A stretch of DNA of 64,000 bases, from the IMG/VR virus record IMGVR_UViG_3300037264_004862, positions 32,001 through 96,000 of that record; one strand, written 5' to 3'. A program made the translations under genes and the position numbers. Position 1 is the stretch's first letter, and the number at the start of each line of letters is the position of its first letter. Below the pieces are notes generated by a model that saw only the letters and a list, made by a program, of their open reading frames with translations, was not told where the DNA came from and did not search any database. The stretch comes from a virus. Below are positions 48,048 through 58,066 of this stretch, in pieces.

Positions 48048-48788
48048 ATGAAAACTTTAATATTTCTGTGTGGTTATGATGATTTTTATTTTAAATTGGC
48101 CAATATGGCCGCTCACACCATAAGGTTATCAGGTTATACCCAAGATATTGTTATCTTTACTATTGATGATCGCAAATCGAATTATGCAATATGTCTTAAT
48201 TTGGCCACCCACTCTGAGTCTAATCTAATTATTACACCCAAACAAGGCGCATTCTTCCATGCTAAATTATGTGAACCGTTTGGTCATTCGAAGTATAAGA
48301 AACAGTATGATTATTTCATGATCAAAACACTACCTGGGTCCATTATTAAGAAAGAAGATTATGATTTTATTCTTTATATGGATTCTGATATGTTGGTACA
48401 TTCACCATTGGACAACATTTTTGCGTATAAAACTATCGTCTCTGATTATAATAGTAAGAATGCCTTTAGAGACATTAAAGGACTTACGAAGCACCTTTTA
48501 CCAGAAGAGGTTATCGTAGCAAAGAATTTAACTGGAATCGGAGGAGGTGCTTTTGGTGTACCATCAAGTCATTATAGGTTTTATGATGATTATAGAAAAA
48601 TTTATCTCCAATATATTAATGAAATTCCGCATGATCAGCCTGCACTGACGATGACTATGATTAGGTATTACGGTGATTACAAAGTAGAGAAGCTCCCTAA
48701 TCGTGCATATTGGATTCATTATTGGGGGTATCGTAAGGAACAGATGGTTACTGAGTATAATAAGACATACGCTGGTCGTAATCTATGA
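48048..48788 (+). CDS. Nucleotide-diphospho-sugar transferase-like protein
   Basis: LYMDSDM, HDQPAL, IHYWG. Confidence 0.65.
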   Translation: MKTLIFLCGYDDFYFKLANMAAHTIRLSGYTQDIVIFTIDDRKSNYAICLNLATHSESNLIITPKQGAFFHAKLCEPFGHSKYKKQYDYFMIKTLPGSIIKKEDYDFILYMDSDMLVHSPLDNIFAYKTIVSDYNSKNAFRDIKGLTKHLLPEEVIVAKNLTGIGGGAFGVPSSHYRFYDDYRKIYLQYINEIPHDQPALTMTMIRYYGDYKVEKLPNRAYWIHYWGYRKEQMVTEYNKTYAGRNL

Positions 48789-49879
48789 AAATTTTAATAA
48801 CTAGTGATGTGCATTTTGGCGTGCCAGGAAAACTGGAGCATTCTATATGGGCAGTTAAAGTAATGAGAGAGTATGCCCATCATAATAATATAGAAGTAAT
48901 TTTGGTTCTAGGCGATTTGTTTCATGATAGGAGTAGTTTAAATATTCAAGTTCTTACTAAAGCCTATGACTTCTTTGATGAAACTGATAAGAGTTATAAC
49001 CAGGAGTGGCTGGCTTTTCCTGGCAACCACGACTTGTACCTCAAAAATTCATGGAAAGTAAATTCAGTACGACCTCTTAATCGTTTAGTGACTATAATCG
49101 AAGATATTAAGGCTATTAATATTGGGAGTCGTAGGTTTTGGATTCTTCCATTTGTCCATTATGAGTCTGCTTATATGCAGGTAGTTCGTGCAATTGAAAA
49201 GAAAGCATCTCCAGAAGATATTTTATTAACTCATATTGGAGTCCATGGAGCTACGTTGAATGAGTGTTTCTTATTAAAAAATTGGAGCTTAGTGGACTTC
49301 TCGGGCACTATTTTCAGGCGTGTATATTCTGGTCATTTTCATTGCATGCAGCAGGTTGGCGATAAAACTTGGTATCCGGGCAGTCCGATCCCATTCAGGT
49401 TTGATGAAGGACAGGTAGAACATGGATTCTTGGAATTTGATACTGAATCTTGTGAACATAAATTCATAAAGACCTTTGAAGCTGGGAAGTTATTGCTTCC
49501 AAATGAAATTCCAGCACCGGATTTTATAACCTGTATGGATACTTCGGCCGATCAAATCGATACAACTAACCGGAACGTACGCGTGGTTTTATCTCGAGAT
49601 TATACCAATAATGAACTGATGGGCCTGAGGCAGATGCTGACTGATAAGGGTGCATTATCGGTGAAGTGGCAGAAAATGGCACAGGCCGAAGACAAAGACA
49701 TGCAAGCCTCGACTGCATCCAATATGGGCGATGGACATACTTTATTTCAAAATTGGTTGGATCACGATAAACCCGAGCACTTCGATAAAGGTTCTCTAGC
49801 ATCACTAAATAAACTAGTGATAGAAGAAGGTATGGAGAGACTTTCTAGTACCGAGGAACCAGATGCCGAACCCGCTTAA
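48785..49879 (+). CDS. SbcD/Mre11 (gp47-like) nuclease
   Basis: SDVH, LGDLFH, GNHD, SGHFH, YPGS. Confidence 0.9.
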   Translation: MKILITSDVHFGVPGKLEHSIWAVKVMREYAHHNNIEVILVLGDLFHDRSSLNIQVLTKAYDFFDETDKSYNQEWLAFPGNHDLYLKNSWKVNSVRPLNRLVTIIEDIKAINIGSRRFWILPFVHYESAYMQVVRAIEKKASPEDILLTHIGVHGATLNECFLLKNWSLVDFSGTIFRRVYSGHFHCMQQVGDKTWYPGSPIPFRFDEGQVEHGFLEFDTESCEHKFIKTFEAGKLLLPNEIPAPDFITCMDTSADQIDTTNRNVRVVLSRDYTNNELMGLRQMLTDKGALSVKWQKMAQAEDKDMQASTASNMGDGHTLFQNWLDHDKPEHFDKGSLASLNKLVIEEGMERLSSTEEPDAEPA

Positions 49880-52010
49880 AATCAGCAAGTTAGCCTGGGC
49901 TAACTTCATGAGTTATGGCGACTATGAAACGTTGCTTGAATTAGACTCTCTAGGACCAGCCTTAATAGTCGGCCAAAAGGAGGGCCGCAAGGAGGAATCA
50001 AATGGTGTGGGTAAGACCACCATTACTACGGCAATAATTTGGTGTCTATTTGGTCGTACTCCTAGAAAAGCTGCCCCGGGTGATAAAGTTATAAACTTTT
50101 ATACTAAGGGTCAATGCTATGTCAGAATTACTACTGCTGATGGTTGGGTCATCACTAGAACACGTGGTATTAATGGGCATGACGACTTGTTGGTTCATAA
50201 AGATGGTGAAGACATAACGCTGTCCACAAACAAGAATGCCCAAACGCTGTTGAAAAAACTCTTTAATCTAGATTACGACATATTCGTGGCTAGTATCTTC
50301 TTCGGTCAGCGTACTGAACCATTTTTAACGATGAGCGATCAGAAGCGCAAGGCCGCTCTTGAACGCCTTTTGGGCCTGAATCGTCTTAATGTCTGGGGCG
50401 ATGTAGCTAGAGAATATAAGACAACTGCTGAGCTAGAGCAACAGAAGATTAAAGCTTTGTCAGAAGTTCGTGTGATTGATATCACTAATACTAAAGAACA
50501 AATTCATCTTACGCATAAGCAGGCTGATGAATTCGAAATAAGTCGTGCTACTCTCGTGAAGACTCTAAGAACAGAAATATTAGAAGTGGCTACCAAACTC
50601 AAGCCGTTGATGATGGTTAATATTAGTGAACTGCAATCTAAATATAATCAGCAGGAGTCAAAGCGGAAGAATTTGAGCGACAAAAAGTTACAGCTAGACC
50701 ACGCTATTGCAACCAATAAACAATTGAGTACCGAAGTTATAAATCTTGAGAATATTGGAAACCAGCAGAAACTACGTCTGGCGTCTTTAAGTGATATTGA
50801 TGTCGATCTCTTGAAGAAGCAACATAAGCAAGCCGATATAGACGAGCAAACCAAAATAAGTCACCAAAATATAATTAATGGTTTAATATTGAGCCAGCAC
50901 AAAATTGAACAGAAAATCCAGCAACTCTTCAGCGATCTTAAAGATTGGAATGGTAAAACAGGAACTAGTTGTCCATCATGTAAACAGCTTATTTCCCCTG
51001 AACATGCAGAAGCTATATGCAAACCTTATAGCATTCAAGCTAAGGAATTAGGTAAAGAGCTCTTACAAATTAAAGGGCGCACTAAGGAACACCAACAGCA
51101 GATGGATGCTATTGTGATTAGTCGTCCTATAATTTCAGTTGCTGCTGCAATGCGTGATACTGAAGAACGTCGTGCGATAAATGAGAATTTGCAGAATCTT
51201 AGAGCTCAGGTTGACGATATCTTCAAGCGTATGGTAAAATTACGAGATTTGAATATAAAACTTAGTGCAGATATTGAGCAGACAATCACTGATCTTTCTA
51301 AATCCGACGTTTCGACTCAACTCGAGACAGCTAAGCAACAAATGGCTTTGAGAGATCAGTTGAAAATTAAACTAGGCTTCTTGGATTCTAGATTGAAAGA
51401 AGAGAAAATCCGTGATAACTCTTATAATGCTATGGTGAAGACGTTTGAAGTCGAATTAGATAGAGCAGAAATAGACCTTAGCCAACACTTAACCAAAATT
51501 GCGGAACTTGATGACAAGATTAAATCGTACGATTATATTAGGCACAGTTACCATGACCGGAACAAGATCAAGATGTTCATTCTAACTGGTTTGATTCCGT
51601 ATCTCAATGCACGTATTGAGTATTATTTGAATGCATTTGAATGTGATCTAACGCTTAAATTTACTTCTACGCTCTCCGTAGAAACTTCTAGGTGGGATTA
51701 TGACTTGCATTCTGGCGGTCAACAGAAACGTATTGATTTGGCAATAATGTTCGCTCTTTATGATCTATATATTTCAATGTATGGTCAGCAATGTAATGTG
51801 ATGGTTCTCGATGAGGTCGATGGCGCTCTAGATCCATATGGTGTGCGGATGTTTGTGGATATCATTAACAACGACTTCGCCGGGGAGCGCCCTGATAAAC
51901 CAAGTACTATATTAATCATAAGCCACAAGAATGACATGGTAGATCAGTTTGCTACCCAAATATTAGTATCCCAGGATGCTGATGATTTCTCCCATATTCT
52001 TAAGGGATAG
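49863..52010 (+). CDS. SbcC/Rad50 (gp46-like) ATPase
   Basis: NFMSY, NGVGKTT, Zn hook CPSC, SGGQ, LDEVDGALD, ISH. Confidence 0.9.
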   Translation: MPNPLKISKLAWANFMSYGDYETLLELDSLGPALIVGQKEGRKEESNGVGKTTITTAIIWCLFGRTPRKAAPGDKVINFYTKGQCYVRITTADGWVITRTRGINGHDDLLVHKDGEDITLSTNKNAQTLLKKLFNLDYDIFVASIFFGQRTEPFLTMSDQKRKAALERLLGLNRLNVWGDVAREYKTTAELEQQKIKALSEVRVIDITNTKEQIHLTHKQADEFEISRATLVKTLRTEILEVATKLKPLMMVNISELQSKYNQQESKRKNLSDKKLQLDHAIATNKQLSTEVINLENIGNQQKLRLASLSDIDVDLLKKQHKQADIDEQTKISHQNIINGLILSQHKIEQKIQQLFSDLKDWNGKTGTSCPSCKQLISPEHAEAICKPYSIQAKELGKELLQIKGRTKEHQQQMDAIVISRPIISVAAAMRDTEERRAINENLQNLRAQVDDIFKRMVKLRDLNIKLSADIEQTITDLSKSDVSTQLETAKQQMALRDQLKIKLGFLDSRLKEEKIRDNSYNAMVKTFEVELDRAEIDLSQHLTKIAELDDKIKSYDYIRHSYHDRNKIKMFILTGLIPYLNARIEYYLNAFECDLTLKFTSTLSVETSRWDYDLHSGGQQKRIDLAIMFALYDLYISMYGQQCNVMVLDEVDGALDPYGVRMFVDIINNDFAGERPDKPSTILIISHKNDMVDQFATQILVSQDADDFSHILKG

Positions 52011-52024
52011 ATCAAATATACAAT

Positions 52025-52552
52025 ATGGCAGATAAATTTTTCGTCGATAAAATTAAGCGCGTTTTCAATGACGAATATTTGAGACGTAATCTCATCAAGT
52101 ATTTTGTTGATAAAGGGTTTGATAATTTCAATAAGAAGCTATACGCGCCGATTGTTCAGGATTTGCCATATTTAGTGCCAGAATTAGTAAATAAGATCGA
52201 AGTTGTTCCTTTCGTGAAGGAGTCCAACCCAGCTACTGGCCAAGTTAATATAGGTTGGAATTTCTTTGTCCTTGGTACTAATCGTATTGATCTTGGAGAT
52301 TCTCTTCATAATAATATGAATGAGTTCCATCAAGCTTTGAATGGACCACCACCCAGCGGCGCTTATAATGCCCTGAAAACACCAAAAGAAATCATTGATT
52401 TTATTATGTTAGTATTAAAAAATAGCGCTTCAGGTATGGTTCAACCGCAACCACATGGAATGACGGTAACAATGCCCAACAGGCCAATCAATAGACCTCG
52501 TATGGGTCCAACTGCTTCAAGTAGCTATTACGAGAAGAGTCGCCCAGTCTAA
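52025..52552 (+). CDS. Hypothetical protein (late-promoter motif upstream)
   Basis: CAAATATA-caat-ATG. Confidence 0.65.
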   Translation: MADKFFVDKIKRVFNDEYLRRNLIKYFVDKGFDNFNKKLYAPIVQDLPYLVPELVNKIEVVPFVKESNPATGQVNIGWNFFVLGTNRIDLGDSLHNNMNEFHQALNGPPPSGAYNALKTPKEIIDFIMLVLKNSASGMVQPQPHGMTVTMPNRPINRPRMGPTASSSYYEKSRPV

Positions 52553-52746
52553 AGACCGGCGTCGATATAATAGTTTTCACCACATGCACAGCGGACATTT
52601 TGTATTTGTCCTATGCTTGTGTTGGTAAAAGTAAAGGTAATACCACCACCGATCGCGCCGTGGTATTTCCCACGTATTGAGCATTTGTGAGTTTTGATCC
52701 AATCGTTGATTGGCTTTTCGTGCTCTTCGTCAATGGTGAATACCAT
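52549..52746 (-). CDS. Small phage protein (GAIGG motif)
   Basis: GAIGG..TFTF..TSIG...CACG. Confidence 0.65.
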   Translation of the reverse strand: MVFTIDEEHEKPINDWIKTHKCSIRGKYHGAIGGGITFTFTNTSIGQIQNVRCACGENYYIDAGL

Positions 52747-53843
52747 TATTTCACCATAATGTCCATTGCCAGACAGTGTAGCTTGATGTTTTCGCGCATT
52801 GCATCGATATCCTTAATATCCTTATTAAGATAATTAGCAAGATTAGCTCTATGAAGCTTATCAGTCCCAAAACGCTCGATGTAGTCCTGAGGCGTGTCGA
52901 CGATGAGATCAAATAATCTCTGAGCATCACCAGAGAGACGTCCACGTAGAAGATCTAGGTTCTCATTGCCACTAGTTGGAGGTTCTATACGGGATAGTGC
53001 CTTATGTTCGCAATGGTCGCGATGGCTGGCTTCAGTTTCGACGCTGGTACTACCGCTGTCCAAGCTAGTGTACTTGGCATAGACCTTTTCGACAATTTGA
53101 TAACTGATCGTCTGTGGGACCTCAAGGATAGAAACCACATTTATAGAAGTCCACCCTAAGCTGATTTGAACGCCGTATGATTCGAACTCATGCTTGATTT
53201 CTTGGAGTTTTTGAATGGTCTTAATAGGTAGAAGACCAGTCTCACAACGAATAACGTTATGCTCCATATCAATGGATTCTAGTTTGTGAGGATAATTCTT
53301 GATTGTGTTCAAAGCAGCAGCGATCGCTTTGGTGGCGATGTCGGAAGCGTTGCCTTCTTCAGTCCGTGCTTCTTTAATAGAAGGTGGTTTGTTCTCTCTG
53401 AGAATTTGACGTAGGTAATTAAACATTACAGACTGAAAAAATTTCTTACGTTTAATTGGATCATTGGCAATTTGTGGTTTGGGGGACCATTTGATGACGA
53501 GATTGATATTACAATCTGGGCATTTCTCCGTTTTAGTCTTTGATGTAACAAAGTGCCTCTCGCACTTTGTGCATTCTCTAGATTCGTGGAATAGCACCAT
53601 CAGAGCTGCCTTCCAAAAGGTGATTTGGCAATCTTGTTTACCGACTTCAATATCCTTATATTCGTTACCGATAGTTCGTCCAAGGGCCATACAAAATTCC
53701 ATTTTTTGGCCCTGAATGTTTGGGTCCTCCCAAGCTGTTTTCATTAGGGCATCTACTTCCTTCATCTCATCCTTGGTTAGGAGTTTGGCAGTTTCGTTCA
53801 TCAATGAACCGCGTAGAAAAAGCCGCGCAAGTTGGTTGCTCAT
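52746..53843 (-). CDS. Sigma70-like factor with Zn-ribbon insertion (tentative)
   Basis: Region-2-like QDCQITFWKA...FQSVMFNYLRQILR interrupted by CTKC..CPDC; SLD; C-terminal HTH-like LANYLN. Confidence 0.5.
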   Translation of the reverse strand: MSNQLARLFLRGSLMNETAKLLTKDEMKEVDALMKTAWEDPNIQGQKMEFCMALGRTIGNEYKDIEVGKQDCQITFWKAALMVLFHESRECTKCERHFVTSKTKTEKCPDCNINLVIKWSPKPQIANDPIKRKKFFQSVMFNYLRQILRENKPPSIKEARTEEGNASDIATKAIAAALNTIKNYPHKLESIDMEHNVIRCETGLLPIKTIQKLQEIKHEFESYGVQISLGWTSINVVSILEVPQTISYQIVEKVYAKYTSLDSGSTSVETEASHRDHCEHKALSRIEPPTSGNENLDLLRGRLSGDAQRLFDLIVDTPQDYIERFGTDKLHRANLANYLNKDIKDIDAMRENIKLHCLAMDIMVK

Positions 53844-53891
53844 ATATCCTCACTTTAAGTATTTTAGTTACACAAATTAATAGGAGCTACA

Positions 53892-54269
53892 ATGGTTAAG
53901 AAATCGTACGTCGACTCTAAAGCGCTTGAAAATCATTGGACATCTTGGCTGGACAATAAAGGCGATGAATCGTGGAAAGCTTTGCTTGATGGAATCTATA
54001 AAATTTGTTATGGGGTTGCTATCCATTTTCATCCTAAAGATGACGATGAACATAATGAACTCGCACATGAGGCTTTTATACTTACTGTAGACAAAATCAA
54101 AGATGGAAGGCTGAAATTTACTCCTGGTAAGGCTCCAGTTTTTAATCTGTTGACTACTACGGTGTTCAGACATCTTTACTCCAAAATGAATAAAGATTCT
54201 CGTCGCAAAGTCGTACTTGCCAATTTCAAACAAAAGCTTATTGATGATCATGCGTTCGAAACGGAATAA
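53892..54269 (+). CDS. T4 gp55-like late sigma factor
   Basis: YVDSK.L, IYKIC.GVA, ELAHEA, F.PGKAPVFNLLTT pattern; AGGAG RBS. Confidence 0.65.
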   Translation: MVKKSYVDSKALENHWTSWLDNKGDESWKALLDGIYKICYGVAIHFHPKDDDEHNELAHEAFILTVDKIKDGRLKFTPGKAPVFNLLTTTVFRHLYSKMNKDSRRKVVLANFKQKLIDDHAFETE

Positions 54270-54315
54270 ATCACAGGATAGACCAGCACACAATAATAGC
54301 GTATAAATATACTGT

Positions 54316-55302
54316 GTGGATTACCGGGCTCAGAGAAAACCGCCTGTTCAGCGTGTTCATGTAAAAGTACATGCTGTATCTCGGCCACCGATTCCACGAA
54401 ATGTACAGTCTGTGACTGTGAAACCTATTATAATGCTTCCTAAAAGTGCTAGGAAGCATTCAGTACAATCTGTATTTAATCCACCATTGGCGCCCACTTT
54501 AATACAAAAGCCTATTGAGGTGCAAGTACGTCCTCTAATAGCGCCTGTCAGAGAGTTTAAGAAGAAACTTGGTAAGGGGTATATAAACCCTTTGGCCGTT
54601 CAACACAATAATTTATTGAAGGAATATAAAGATTCAATTGACAGGTTGCGATGTGTTGGTAATACTAAGATTCTGGCTATAGTGGCGTGTGGTCCATCTA
54701 TATTAGAAGCCGATCTTGAAAAATTGAAGGACCAACCTAATATTGACCTTATGTGTATTAACAAGCCTGATAAGAGGCTTTGGCCTACACCATATTGGAT
54801 GTTCTGTGATCAAAGTCAATTTGCCCGCAATAAAGACATATGGGAGCATTATGATGGGCAAGTCATTAATGCATCATCTGTTAGAGCTCGACATAGACGC
54901 CAAATCCTAATTAAGAGTATATCGGGACGAGGCTTTTCACGTGATTTAGGTAAAGGATTTTATATTGGCCGCTCATCTACTTATGCCGCTATGCAAGTGG
55001 CGCTTTGGATGAATTATAGCAGAATATATATATTTGGGGTCGATATGTGTGCGGTGGATGGTAAATTGCATTTTTATGGCAAAAATCCTGATGTCGATGA
55101 TACAAATCGTATACAGCGTTTTGACAGGGAAGCTGAAAGCTATCTCTATGCAGCCACTAATGTATTAAAACCTGAAGATAGAGAACGTTTTGTATTTTGT
55201 AGTAGTTTTAATAAATATAATTTTGTTGATTATTATCGACGCTTGCACCAAAAGAAGGCAGTTGATATAATATTAGAGGAAGCATTAAAGCTTAGGAGAT
55301 AA
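54316..55302 (+). CDS. Maf/DUF115-like glycosyltransferase-like protein with basic Pro-rich N-terminus
   Basis: IVACGPS, MCIN, SSTYAAMQVA, YIFGVD. Confidence 0.7.
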   Translation: MDYRAQRKPPVQRVHVKVHAVSRPPIPRNVQSVTVKPIIMLPKSARKHSVQSVFNPPLAPTLIQKPIEVQVRPLIAPVREFKKKLGKGYINPLAVQHNNLLKEYKDSIDRLRCVGNTKILAIVACGPSILEADLEKLKDQPNIDLMCINKPDKRLWPTPYWMFCDQSQFARNKDIWEHYDGQVINASSVRARHRRQILIKSISGRGFSRDLGKGFYIGRSSTYAAMQVALWMNYSRIYIFGVDMCAVDGKLHFYGKNPDVDDTNRIQRFDREAESYLYAATNVLKPEDRERFVFCSSFNKYNFVDYYRRLHQKKAVDIILEEALKLRR

Positions 55303-55303
55303 T

Positions 55304-55501
55304 ATGACAGATGACAAAGGACACAAAGGAGCCAAGCAGGATTTTGGCGCTTCTAAAAAGACCGATAAAGGTGCTCACGGTGGGGGCAACCAATATCATG
55401 ATATAAAATTGAAATATCCAAAATTTGCCTTAGGTGAGGGATTCAAGCATAAGGATAAACCTGGGAAGAGTACTGGTGGTAATAGCATCCCAGAGAAATA
55501 A
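55304..55501 (+). CDS. Small Gly/Lys-rich protein
   Basis: 65-aa ORF. Confidence 0.5.
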   Translation: MTDDKGHKGAKQDFGASKKTDKGAHGGGNQYHDIKLKYPKFALGEGFKHKDKPGKSTGGNSIPEK

Positions 55502-55522
55502 CCATAGCCTGTAAATAAGGCT

Positions 55523-56101
55523 ATGAAGAATCTATTGCGAGGCACTAGGGTCTACTTAGCTGGTGTTGTCGAGGCAGATCCTATTGGCGCTGTGACTTGG
55601 CGTCAAGAAATTACAGACAGGCTTTCCAAATACGATATACAAATTTATAATCCTCTTGTGAAGCCAGATTGGCTTCCAGAGTATTCTAGAGTAGATGTGC
55701 AAGTCTATAAGGACGTTCTGGCTGGTAAACAGCCTAGAATTGAGATGGATTTGCCAACGGTGTTTGAAGCTAATACTGCTATCCGTAGGATTTGTTTAAG
55801 AATGATATCGTCCTGTGATTGGGTCATTTGCCATATGCCTAAGGTCTTCACTGCGGGTACATGGGAAGAGTTGTATCTTGCAGCACAATTAGAGAAGCCA
55901 GTTTTATTTCATCTACCGGATGGGATACCTCCAACTTGGGCTCTTCCAATCTTTGCTAATGCCGATACGATGAAAGAGACATATTTTAATAATTGGGATG
56001 TTTTGTTCGATCACATCGATAAACTAGATAATGGAACTGCTCCAATGGATCCATATAAGTGGTTGTCGGTTTGTTATACTCCAGAATGTTTGGTGAAATA
56101 A
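55523..56101 (+). CDS. Nucleoside 2-deoxyribosyltransferase / nucleotide N-glycosidase-family protein
   Basis: VYLAG, WRQ, YNP, CDWVI, TAGTWEE, KPV. Confidence 0.75.
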   Translation: MKNLLRGTRVYLAGVVEADPIGAVTWRQEITDRLSKYDIQIYNPLVKPDWLPEYSRVDVQVYKDVLAGKQPRIEMDLPTVFEANTAIRRICLRMISSCDWVICHMPKVFTAGTWEELYLAAQLEKPVLFHLPDGIPPTWALPIFANADTMKETYFNNWDVLFDHIDKLDNGTAPMDPYKWLSVCYTPECLVK

Positions 56102-56856
56102 TGTTTACAACTAGATTCGAAATTAATGTAATTCATCCTAAATCTAATCCAATTGAGGCGGTTGATTTTGCTTCCCGGTATGCTTGTCCTGCGATTGTTA
56201 CAGTCCCAGAGATGGTTGCTCCTTTTATAGCTGCTAGGTCTATACGTCGGGCTTTGTTTAAAGTAATCGTTGCAGTTGATCTCCCAAACGGGAATAATTT
56301 TGCTATGCAAAAATTGCGCGACTTGGGACCTGATGCTTTAGCTGCTGATGGATTTGATATTGTAGCGTCCCCTAAAAGGAATGCCAAAGAAGCTTTAAAC
56401 GAAGTTAAATTACTCACTGACTTCATTCGTACCATGAATCCTTTGGCTGATATCAGATGGTCGCTCGGAGCTCTCGATAGGTCTGAAGTTGATTATATAG
56501 AACATATTAAGAGTGTGTTAAAAGTGCCTTGTAATTTTCTGCGTACCGATCATCGTACTTATTATCCTAATATTAAAGTCGATGACCATAAACGGATTGT
56601 TGAATCAATCAGAAAATTTATTGGAGTTCCAATTAAAGTTTCTGGTAATGTCGATATTACTACTTATCGTGCTTTTGAGCATGATAAATCAATTAGGTTC
56701 GATGTGACGCTTGATCAGGCTCAGTCTTTAATAAAAGCGCCACACGAAAACAATAATGAGCAAAAAACGCAAGAAAAATTATCAGAGCAAAAAACGTCCC
56801 AACAATCGATTGACGGCGAAAAAGTCGTCGGCACATTGGGTCAAGATGTCGAGTGA
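56101..56856 (+). CDS. DeoC-like (deoxyribose-phosphate aldolase) TIM-barrel protein
   Basis: VAVDLPNG...K...ADGFDIV, NFLRT, IKVSG resemble DeoC VGFPLG..K..GADEIDMV / DFIKT / VKASG; the Schiff-base Lys position appears to be Arg. Confidence 0.55.
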   Translation: MFTTRFEINVIHPKSNPIEAVDFASRYACPAIVTVPEMVAPFIAARSIRRALFKVIVAVDLPNGNNFAMQKLRDLGPDALAADGFDIVASPKRNAKEALNEVKLLTDFIRTMNPLADIRWSLGALDRSEVDYIEHIKSVLKVPCNFLRTDHRTYYPNIKVDDHKRIVESIRKFIGVPIKVSGNVDITTYRAFEHDKSIRFDVTLDQAQSLIKAPHENNNEQKTQEKLSEQKTSQQSIDGEKVVGTLGQDVE

Positions 56857-57220
56857 TTCTATAACTGATGGGTTTGCTTGTCCTTTTTGCCAAGCAAAAA
56901 ATTCATTTAAGCCTTCATCGTGGGATAAAGTGGGTTATGTTCCTATCATATGTGTGAAATGTTCTAATTTGTTTTGGGCTAGAATACCTAAAGTCGATGC
57001 TGAATTAACTGTAGTGAATAGGGTTCCTGTATTTAAAGTCCAAATTCCTGAATTAGAATTAGATACTTGGGTTATTATCGTAAATAAACAACATGTTAAA
57101 CATTTGGAGCCGGGACGGATTACTAAATGTGATCATAAGCATTATCGTGTAGAATTTAACGACGGTGTTCAGATTTGGATGCCTCAGCATTGGGTGGAAA
57201 GGTTACCATTTGATCCATAA
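56846..57220 (+). CDS. Zn-ribbon plus SH3/KOW-like protein
   Basis: CPFC..CVKC; start re-set to 56846. Confidence 0.55.
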   Translation: MSSDSITDGFACPFCQAKNSFKPSSWDKVGYVPIICVKCSNLFWARIPKVDAELTVVNRVPVFKVQIPELELDTWVIIVNKQHVKHLEPGRITKCDHKHYRVEFNDGVQIWMPQHWVERLPFDP

Positions 57221-57264
57221 ATACACTGGGTCGATATGTGGATCGGTATTGCCATGGAAATGAA

Positions 57265-57996
57265 ATGATTATAGCAAGCATAGACATTGAGGCGACAGGA
57301 TTAGAAGAAACCAGTGAAATAGTTGAGCTTGGGTTAGTGGTTATGGAAACCACTAACCGCATGATTATGGCCATGCATTCTGATTTGTATAAGACTGAAG
57401 GGTGGTCTGATGAAGCCGAAGCAATTCACCGTATTGATCGAACATCAGCTGATCAAGGTTTAATTACGTCTGACCCTTGGGAGCTAATTGCTCATTATAA
57501 CCCTGTTGCTATGGTCGCGCATAATGCTGAATATGATAAGCGATTAGCTATTCGTAGGTGGCCTAAATTTGGGCAAATTCCATGGATTTGTACACATAGA
57601 GATTTGCCCCATGAACGATTTATTAATAAAGTAAGTTCTAATCGACTCCAACACTTAGCTGTCGATTATGGATTCGATGCTGGTAGAAGGCATCGAGCAT
57701 TATTCGATGCTTTGCTATGTTGTGAAATAGCTGCTATGCATGACCTTGAAAGCATATTGAAGACTGTTAATGAACCACGTTTCTCTATAATGGCATGGTT
57801 CGAAGGAAGACCTGATTTCAATGATAAGGATTTTCAACTTCAGAAGGAGTATCTGAAGAAAGCAGGATTTAAGTGGGATGGAGACAATTGGATTAAGTCT
57901 AATGTTGTTGAATCTGTCACACAGAAGTATATTGCTCTAGCAACAGTGAAACCGCATTGGAAAACGAGAGTCGTTTCAGTCGATAAACAGAACTAA
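57265..57996 (+). CDS. DEDDh 3'-5' exonuclease (DnaQ-like)
   Basis: DIEATGL, AHNAEYD, WICT, HRALFDA. Confidence 0.85.
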   Translation: MIIASIDIEATGLEETSEIVELGLVVMETTNRMIMAMHSDLYKTEGWSDEAEAIHRIDRTSADQGLITSDPWELIAHYNPVAMVAHNAEYDKRLAIRRWPKFGQIPWICTHRDLPHERFINKVSSNRLQHLAVDYGFDAGRRHRALFDALLCCEIAAMHDLESILKTVNEPRFSIMAWFEGRPDFNDKDFQLQKEYLKKAGFKWDGDNWIKSNVVESVTQKYIALATVKPHWKTRVVSVDKQN

Positions 57997-58066
57997 ATGA
58001 ATTAGAATTTGATATTATTAATCATAGAATTGATAAATAATTTTGGTTCGGTACCAAGGAGGAATT

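Noticed and set aside
47989-48051. 20-codon ORF MKFSKDWHRR... bridging two genes by ATGA overlaps
   Set aside because: Too short to support; may be a deletion remnant or coupling spacer
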